Assembly: GCA_964057225.1 (NCBI GenBank)
Contig: OZ059896.1
Location: forward strand, 18,910,001 to 18,974,000
From: Auanema rhodensis
Lineage: Eukaryota; Animalia; Nematoda
Length of the DNA stretch: 64,000 nt
Direction: 5' to 3'
Each line of letters starts with the position of its first letter. Within the stretch, counting starts at the first letter, position 1. Made by a program: the position numbers and the translations under genes. The notes under the pieces are model-generated. The model made no database searches, was not told the origin of the DNA, and saw only the letters and a list, made by a program, of their open reading frames with translations. Shown one piece after another: positions 27,901-36,200 of this stretch.

Positions 27901-29112
27901 TAGAATCGATAAAAAAATCAACTACATTTTAGTGAGTTACTGGGTTGGGTTATACAAATTGTCTAATTTGAATGCGATTTACATGGCCTTGTGGCCTAAT
28001 GGATAAGGCGTCGGACTTCGGATCCGAAGATTGTAGGTTCGAGTCCTGCCAGGGTCGTTATTTTTTGTTTAAAAAAAATCATTACCTGATAAATTACATG
28101 TTTTATTCTGTATTATCTCATACAATTGAAAAAAATACTAGCAATAAAACAAATGCAGTGATAATATTCTCGAAAATGTTCCTATACAGAGTGAGAAAAT
28201 ATCAAAAATTTCCCGAAGGTTTTCTCATAAGGTACTAAAATAAAAGTATTATTTCATATTATTATTTTTTCAGACCTAGAATCGATAAAAAAATCAACTA
28301 CATTTTAGTGAGTTACTGGGTTGGGTTATACAAATTGTCTAATTTGAATGCGATTTACATGGCCTTGTGGCCTAATGGATAAGGCGTCGGACTTCGGATC
28401 CGAAGATTGTAGGTTCGAGTCCTGCCAGGGTCGTTATTTTTTGTTTTAAAAAAATCATTACCTGATAGTTTACATGTTTTATTCTGTATTATCTCATACA
28501 ATTGAAAAAAATACTAGCAGTAAAACAAATGCAGTGATAATATTCTCGAGAATGTTCCTATACAGAGTGAGAAAATATCAAAAATTTCCCGAAGGTTTTC
28601 TCATAAGGTACTAAAATAAAAGTATTATTTCATATTATTATTTTTTCAGACCTAGAATCGATAAAAAAATCAACTACATTTTAGTGAGTTACTGGGTTGG
28701 GTTATACAAATTGTCTAATTTGAATGCGATTTACATGGCCTTGTGGCCTAATGGATAAGGCGTCGGACTTCGGATCCGAAGATTGTAGGTTCGAGTCCTG
28801 CCAGGGTCGTTATTTTTTGTTTAAAAAAAATCATTACCTGATAAATTACATGTTTTATTCTGTATTATCTCATACAATTGAAAAAAATACTAGCAATAAA
28901 ACAAATGCAGTGATAATATTCTCGAAAATGTTCCTATACAGAGTGAGAAAATATCAAAAATTTCCCGAAGGTTTTCTCATAAGGTACTAAAATAAAAGTA
29001 TTATTTCATATTATTATTTTTTCAGACCTAGAATCGATAAAAAAATCAACTACATTTTAGTGAGTTACTGGGTTGGGTTATACAAATTGTCTAATTTGAA
29101 TGCGATTTACAT

Positions 29113-29185
29113 GGCCTTGTGGCCTAATGGATAAGGCGTCGGACTTTGGATCCGAAGATTGTAGGTTCGAGTCCTGCCAGGGTCG
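29113..29185 (+). tRNA. tRNA-Arg body with TTG (Gln) anticodon
   Basis: Anticodon loop CT-TTG-GA (29146-29148); the rest of the gene matches the Arg consensus. Confidence 0.75.
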
Positions 29186-31519
29186 TTATTTTTTGTTTTA
29201 AAAAAATCATTACCTGATAGTTTACATGTTTTATTCTGTATTATCTCATACAATTGAAAAAAATACTAGCAATAAAACAAATTCAGTGATGATATTCTCG
29301 AAAATGTTCCTATTCAGAGTGAGAAAATATCTAAAATTTCCCGAAGGTTTTCTCATAAGGTACTAAAATAAAAGTATTATTTCATATTATCATTTTTTCA
29401 GACCTAGAATCGAGAACAAAAAAACCACTACATTTTAGTGAGTTACTGGGTTGGGTTATACAAATTGTCTAATTAGAATGCGATATACATGGCCTTGTGG
29501 CCTAATGGATAAGGCTTCGGACTTCGGATCCGAAGATTGTAGGTTCGAGTCCTGCCAGGGTCGTTATTTTTTGTTTCAAAACAATCAATACCTGATAGTT
29601 TACATGTTTTATTCTGTATTATCTCATACAATTGAAAAAAATACTATCAATAAAACAAATTCAGTGATAATATTCTCGAAAATGTTCCTATTCATAGTGA
29701 GAAAATATCTAAAATTTCCCGAAGGTTTTCTCATAAGGTACTAAAAAAAAAGTATTATTTCATATTATCATTTTTTCAGACCTAGAATCGAGACCAAAAA
29801 AACCACTACATTTTAGTGAGTTACTGGGTTGGGTTATACAAATTGTCTAATTAGAATGCGATATACATGGCCTTGTGGCCTAATGGATAAGGCGTCGGAC
29901 TTCGGATCCGAAGATTGTAGGTTCGAGTCCTGCCAGGGTCGTTATTTTTTGTTTTAAAAAAATCATTACCTGATAGTTTACATGTTTTATTCTGTATTAT
30001 CTCATACAATTGAAAAAAATACTAGCAGTAAAACAAATGCAGTGATAATATTCTCGAGAATGTTCCTATACAGAGTGAGAAAATATCAAAAATTTCCCGA
30101 AGGTTTTCTCATAAGGTATTAAAAAAAAAGTATTATTTCATATTATTATTTTTTCAGACCTAGAATCGATAAAAAAATCAACTACATTTTAGTGAGTTAC
30201 TGGGTTGGGTTATACAAATTGTCTAATTTGAATGCGATTTACATGGCCTTGTGGCCTAATGGATAAGGCGTCGGACTTCGGATCCAAAGATTGTAGGTTC
30301 GAGTCCTGCCAGGGTCGTTATTTTTTGTTTTAAAAAAATCATTACCTGATAGTTTACATGTTTTATTCTGTATTATCTCATACAATTGAAAAAAATACTA
30401 GCAGTAAAACAAATGCAGTGATAATATTCTCGAGAATGTTCCTATTCAGAGTGAGAAAATATCAAAAATTTCCCGAAGGTTTTCTCATAAGGTACTAAAA
30501 TAAAAGTATTATTTCATATTATCATTTTTTCAGACCTAGAATCGAGACCAAAAAAACCACTACATTTTAGTGAGTTACTGGGTTGGGTTATACAAATTGT
30601 CTAATTAGAATGCGATATACATGGCCTTGTGGCCTAATGGATAAGGCGTCGGACTTCGGATCCGAAGATTGTAGGTTCGAGTCCTGCCAGGGTCGTTATT
30701 TTTTGTTTTAAAAAAATCATTACCTGATAGTTTACATGTTTTATTCTGTATTATCTCATACAATTGAAAAAAATACTAGCAGTAAAACAAATGCAGTGAT
30801 AATATTCTCGAGAATGTTCCTATACAGAGTGAGAAAATATCAAAAATTTCCCGAAGGTTTTCTCATAAGGTACTAAAATAAAAGTATTATTTCATATTAT
30901 TATTTTTTCAGACCTAGAATCGATAAAAAAATCAACTACATTTTAGTGAGTTACTGGGTTGGGTTATACAAATTGTCTAATTTGAATGCGATTTACATGG
31001 CCTTGTGGCCTAATGGATAAGGCGTCGGACTTCGGATCCGAAGATTGTAGGTTCGAGTCCTGCCAGGGTCGTTATTTTTTGTTTAAAAAAAATCATTACC
31101 TGATAAATTATATGTTTTATTCTGTATTATCTCATACAATTGAAAAAAATACTAGCAATAAAACAAATGCAGTGATAATATTCTCGAAAATGTTCCTATT
31201 CAGAGTGAGAAAATATCAAAAATTTCCCGGAGGTTTTCTCATAAGGTACTAAAATAAAAGTATTATTTTATATTATTATTTTTTCAGACCTAGAATTGAT
31301 AAAAAAAATCAACTACATTTTAGTGAGTTACTGGGTTGGGTTATACAAATTGTCTAATTAGAATGCGATTTACATGGCCTTGTGGCCTAATGGATAAGGC
31401 GTGGGACTTCGGATCCGAAGATTGTAGGTTCGAGTCCTGCCAGGGTCGTTATTTTTTGTTTTAAAAAAATCATTACCTGATAGTTTACATGTTTTATTCT
31501 GTATTATCTCATACAATTG

Positions 31520-31856
31520 CGTTCCATTCGGAAATCAATACGTAGCAGGCGGGTTAGAATCAGACGACATGAGGCTGAGAGAGGACGACACGCCCTTCAT
31601 ATGGAACACAGACTTCAGCTTTGCCTTATGGAATGACTATGGATGGTTGGTCTTCCTTTCTTAGCTCTCTTTCACTTTATATCTTTATGTAGACTTATAT
31701 AACTTATTGTAATCATGTAGACATAATAAACCTTTCTTTCTCGAGTCTTATGTTTATCCATTATGCTCTTTATCTACCGCTACATCTGGAATACTATCAC
31801 ACTCATCTTGTAGGCTTTATTGGTCTATAGGATCGACGTGAGAGCATAACGGAACG
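31520..31856 (+). repeat. 5' LTR of the Gypsy provirus
   Basis: CGTTCC...GGAACG terminal inverted repeat; AATAAA at 31725-31730. Confidence 0.95.
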
Positions 31857-31869
31857 TGGAGGTTCCACC
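31857..31869 (+). other. Primer-binding site (tRNA-Gln, 13 nt)
   Basis: TGGAGGTTCCACC directly after the 5' LTR, identical to the first 13 nt of the PBS at 10584. Confidence 0.85.
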
Positions 31870-33266
31870 TCGAACATTTTTATCTTGATTTCTTGACTAT
31901 TTTCTCTTATATTTCGTTATTTTTTTTACATTTCATTGAATCTGAATTCTCTTATATCTCTACACCATCTACTCCATGTCTTAACACAATACGGTGGGGC
32001 CAACAACGTTTAAAAGGGAACAGATGCAAGGACCACTCCTTTTGGAGATGGATTTTATATTTTTTGAAACTGAAGTTATATTTTCCCGTTTGTTCACAAT
32101 TTTCTGTCTGTCTGAACCCAACAATTTTTATATCCTTGCTGTTAACATCAAATACTCTGTTACCCGAACTCGAAGCATTTTTGAGGACCCTAGGATGAAT
32201 TAGTGAACAAATTCACCCAAGGATAATTTTTATTGAGATTTATGCCCACACTTTCTCCTTTTAAGGATTGATTCTGGCTTCGAGGAAAGAATAGCCACGG
32301 TTATTTCTTTATTTTTTGTGGATGAAACAATTTTGCGCACCAAATTGAGATTATTTCATATTTTGCGATCAGGACTATTTTATTTTGCGTTACATTTCTG
32401 TTCAGACAACTTTTTGCCATTAACATCCAAAAATATTTTGATAACGCATTGAATTTACACGGGAAACCTCACCTAAATGGGAGGAATATTATGAAAAGTG
32501 AATTTTAAGATCGCTATAGTCCGAAAAATCCTGTACAATTTTACGAACTGAATTATTATTAGTGATTGTCTATCAGGTCGTGTTGGCTTAAGCATATCAG
32601 TTTGGATTTTCTCCCCTTACTATATGTCACCTTCCTCATACCGTTATTGTTGTTTTGAAGCATAAGACTCATTCCTAAACACCATAATTCTTTAAAAATA
32701 GTTATTGTTATCTTTAGTCATCTATTCCTAGCCATAATTTTAAAACTAGATTTCTGATCATGATGGGACTACGGTACTCATTCGTTTTCCAAATTGCTTC
32801 CTTAAAGAGTAATGCTATTACGAATGTACATTATGAAAACCGCTAAAATCCTTTGAACATTTACCAAAGTCCATTTTCGTGGCATTTTCGATCACTCGTG
32901 AGTCCAAGAAGATCAGAATCGTCAGAAAAAAGAAAAAAAAGTGGGAATAAGGACTAATGAGATTGCTCAGGCATCAATCAAGTGAGCACTGAACATTTTT
33001 GAACATATACAAACTGGTTGAATTATATACATTTAAGAATATTAAATTGGAAAGCGAACAAAGTCCAAATTTTCATACGGTAGTAGGCGGATCTCTGTTG
33101 ATGGCCACAACTTAGATTCATTCCTTAACGCCGACTATACAAACCAGTTACTCACAGCTTTCTCACCCCTTTTCCAAAACTCCTTATCCATAACACTCAT
33201 TAACGTCTCAAAATCCCCCACGTTACTAAACACTCAAGGTTTTTCCAAACCAAGAGCGCTACCAAA

Positions 33267-36200
33267 GTGGACAAGCGATTTCGATCAGCTGTACCTCTCA
33301 GTACACGAACTGATTTTGATCTGCGAGACTCAGCTCCACTCACCAGAAGCCGAGCTCGCGCGCAGAGCATCGCTATAATCGAAGACGAGCAGAAAGCCGA
33401 GCACAAAACCGACAAATTCTTTACTCCTCGTGCAGGCACTTATTCACCTACTGAACGATTAAGCGACGAGGATTACGTACCACCAGGAGGAAAAGAAACA
33501 TCCATCATAGTGGAAGAAGAAACACCAGTTACTGCTAAAAAGGTACGCTCCTCTAATTCAAATAAAAATAAGAAAAATAAAAATAAAAACTCAAGCAAAT
33601 CGGACGCATCTCTCTCTCTGTCCATCCCTGAACCAACAGTTTCACCTTCAGTAGCCACTACTAGTGCAGGCGGTTTACAAACTTTCAAAAACATAGTTTC
33701 TGATCTCTTCAATCGTTCACCAAAAGATCGAAACTTGAACACCAGCCACACGAATAGATACTCGTCGGTTCCAAACATTAATTTATCTCCCATACAACCA
33801 CCCGAACATACACATCTTGCTATTACTGACAACCAAACTTCAACCCCAATTTTACCAAATACAACAACAGGAAGTTCAAAAGCACCAAACCAACCCAGCC
33901 GCTCAGTACACACAACCCCTGTGTCTGAGAACTCATTAACAACAGGCAGAGTGATAAAAATGCCATCTGCCCGTACAAGTAATATGGCAACTGAACCTTC
34001 TTTACCTGGGGCAGGGAAAACTACCATAGCGCAAGCCTTGTTATCACCCTACTGCCCAACTTATGATGGCAGTCGCAACTTTCGAGATTTCACGGCTAAA
34101 TTCAACCTATTTGCCAACGCTGTAGGTCTGGTAATCCCGGAGAGATCAGCCCTCCTACCTTTGCTTCTTAAAAACGAAGCAGCGGAAGAAGCGTACAGGC
34201 AAGTACCTGAACAATTAAAAACCACCGGTTCATGGAATGACCTGTTAAGAGCTTTAACATCTAAGCTGTGTCCTGAATATAATCAGGACCCCGCGCTGAT
34301 TAATCTCCAAAATACAACCCAAGGGGATCTGACAATTGACGCTTACGCTCAATCACTGAGAACGATTGCACTAAGCGCTTTTGCCACGGATGACCCTCAC
34401 AAAGATCACATATTAAGATCAACTTTCCTCAGAGGACTGAAAAATACTCTGAAACCAGCTGTGATTCGAGCGAAGCCAAAATCCTTCACGGATGCGATTG
34501 AGGCCGCTCGCTGGGAAGAATCGATAATGAACCAGACAACAGACACGCAGTCCATGCTAGTCAATGCTGTAAACAAAGCACTAGCTCCTTTCGCGCGCAC
34601 AAACGAGAGACGAGATAACCGAAATTTCGACCGTAATTATCCACGTGATAACCAAAACAATAAAAATTATCATAATTATCAAAATTATCAGAAAAATAAA
34701 AACTTTTCAAAATATAATAACAACCAAAATCGTAACGGCTCTTTTGCTAATTATCGCCGTAACAATAATTATGAACGAAATTCGGGACGATTTAATAACA
34801 ACTGGCATTCAAACAATTTTAATCCTTCAAACAATAATAGAAGAGGAAGGATTAATGAACATAACGGACAAAGAAGAGTCCATTTTAACAATCAAAGAGA
34901 TCAATCAAGAGGACGAGATAGAAGCACACCACGAATAAACTCTGTGACCCTTTCACCGTTATCACTAACGGTTGTAATGGCAATCACAGTAGCAATTTTC
35001 CTGCCATGTGTAACTTCATATCAAATTTGCACAAAAGCAACTGGAGGAGCCTTATTAGTTCCACCAGTAGTAAAGAAATGTAAATTAACAGAAACAAATC
35101 AGGTGCTACGTACACAAATCCATCTATACACGCGAAACCACACGGCACACGAGTGGGACGCGTGGCGCTGCTCGAAGGAAGTACACAAGCTGTGTGTACG
35201 CGATTTGTTATTCCTCCGCGACACAAACAGAACAATCGATAGGGTGCAGCCTATAGCGGCGCACGAGTGCAGGCAGGCGATTCGCGATCGCAAATGGAAT
35301 AACATGGAGCTGGAGAGAATCGATAGTATAGCACAAGCAACCCCAGAGCCCTCCTATGATCCGGCGCGCGCGTTTAGCCGCGACGAGTGCGAGGAGCGGC
35401 CGCGTTTAGTACTAGAGCGCGGAGTCATGACCCGCATGCCCGATGATACAATATTATCCAATTTAATACTAAACACTGAAGGTTGTAGTGCTCATCATGG
35501 TAATTGCAAATCAAATACATCAATAATTATATGGGATCCCCAAACATCGGATTCCCGTTGTAATTATATCGATATGCATTACTACGATGCTATAATAAGC
35601 AAAGAAACTATTTTGATTCCAAGTACACAATCAGCGCTTATCCTTTCGAGTAAAATAACACCAAAACCAATTGCATCCTGCTTTAGACAACCAGCATTCC
35701 ACACAACAGCAGGAAATTATATAACATTCCCCAAATATCCTAATGATAACAATATTACACTCCTAATTGAACGAGAATTTAAGAAATTGCCGTTCAAAAG
35801 ACCTAAACGCGCAACTTCTACAAAATGCTCATTCCCATTCGATCAGGATAGAATAAATGAAGTTGAAGATTTTGAAACGTACACGCTTCGAATTTGCCCA
35901 TATCCATTTTTAAGACCACTTATGAGTAATCCAGGAATTACACAAATTATTCCTCTAATTAAAGGAAGACGTATGGTAGACCCTACATATTCCTTGAAAG
36001 AATGGATAATAGCCCATCGTGAAAATTTTGAATTTTTCTTTAAAATTCAAATTTATGAGAAATCTTTAAGACATTTTCTCAAACAATATGATTTCCGTGA
36101 TAAAGACGAAGCCATTTTACAATATGTTGCTCAAAGAGAATTAGCTTTAGCTACTAAAGCTGGAATATCTTATTTAACATCCAGGCAACTTCTTCAACAA

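Larger units (their letters stand above)
13592..31519 (+). repeat. tRNA-Arg(TCG) tandem gene array, block 2 (~48 tRNA copies)
   Basis: Same ~377-bp unit; first tRNA at 13655, last at 31376; more heterogeneous than block 1. Confidence 0.97.

Noticed and set aside
31893-32203. Short ORFs in the provirus leader
   Set aside because: Non-ATG starts, low-complexity T-rich sequence, no recognisable domain.
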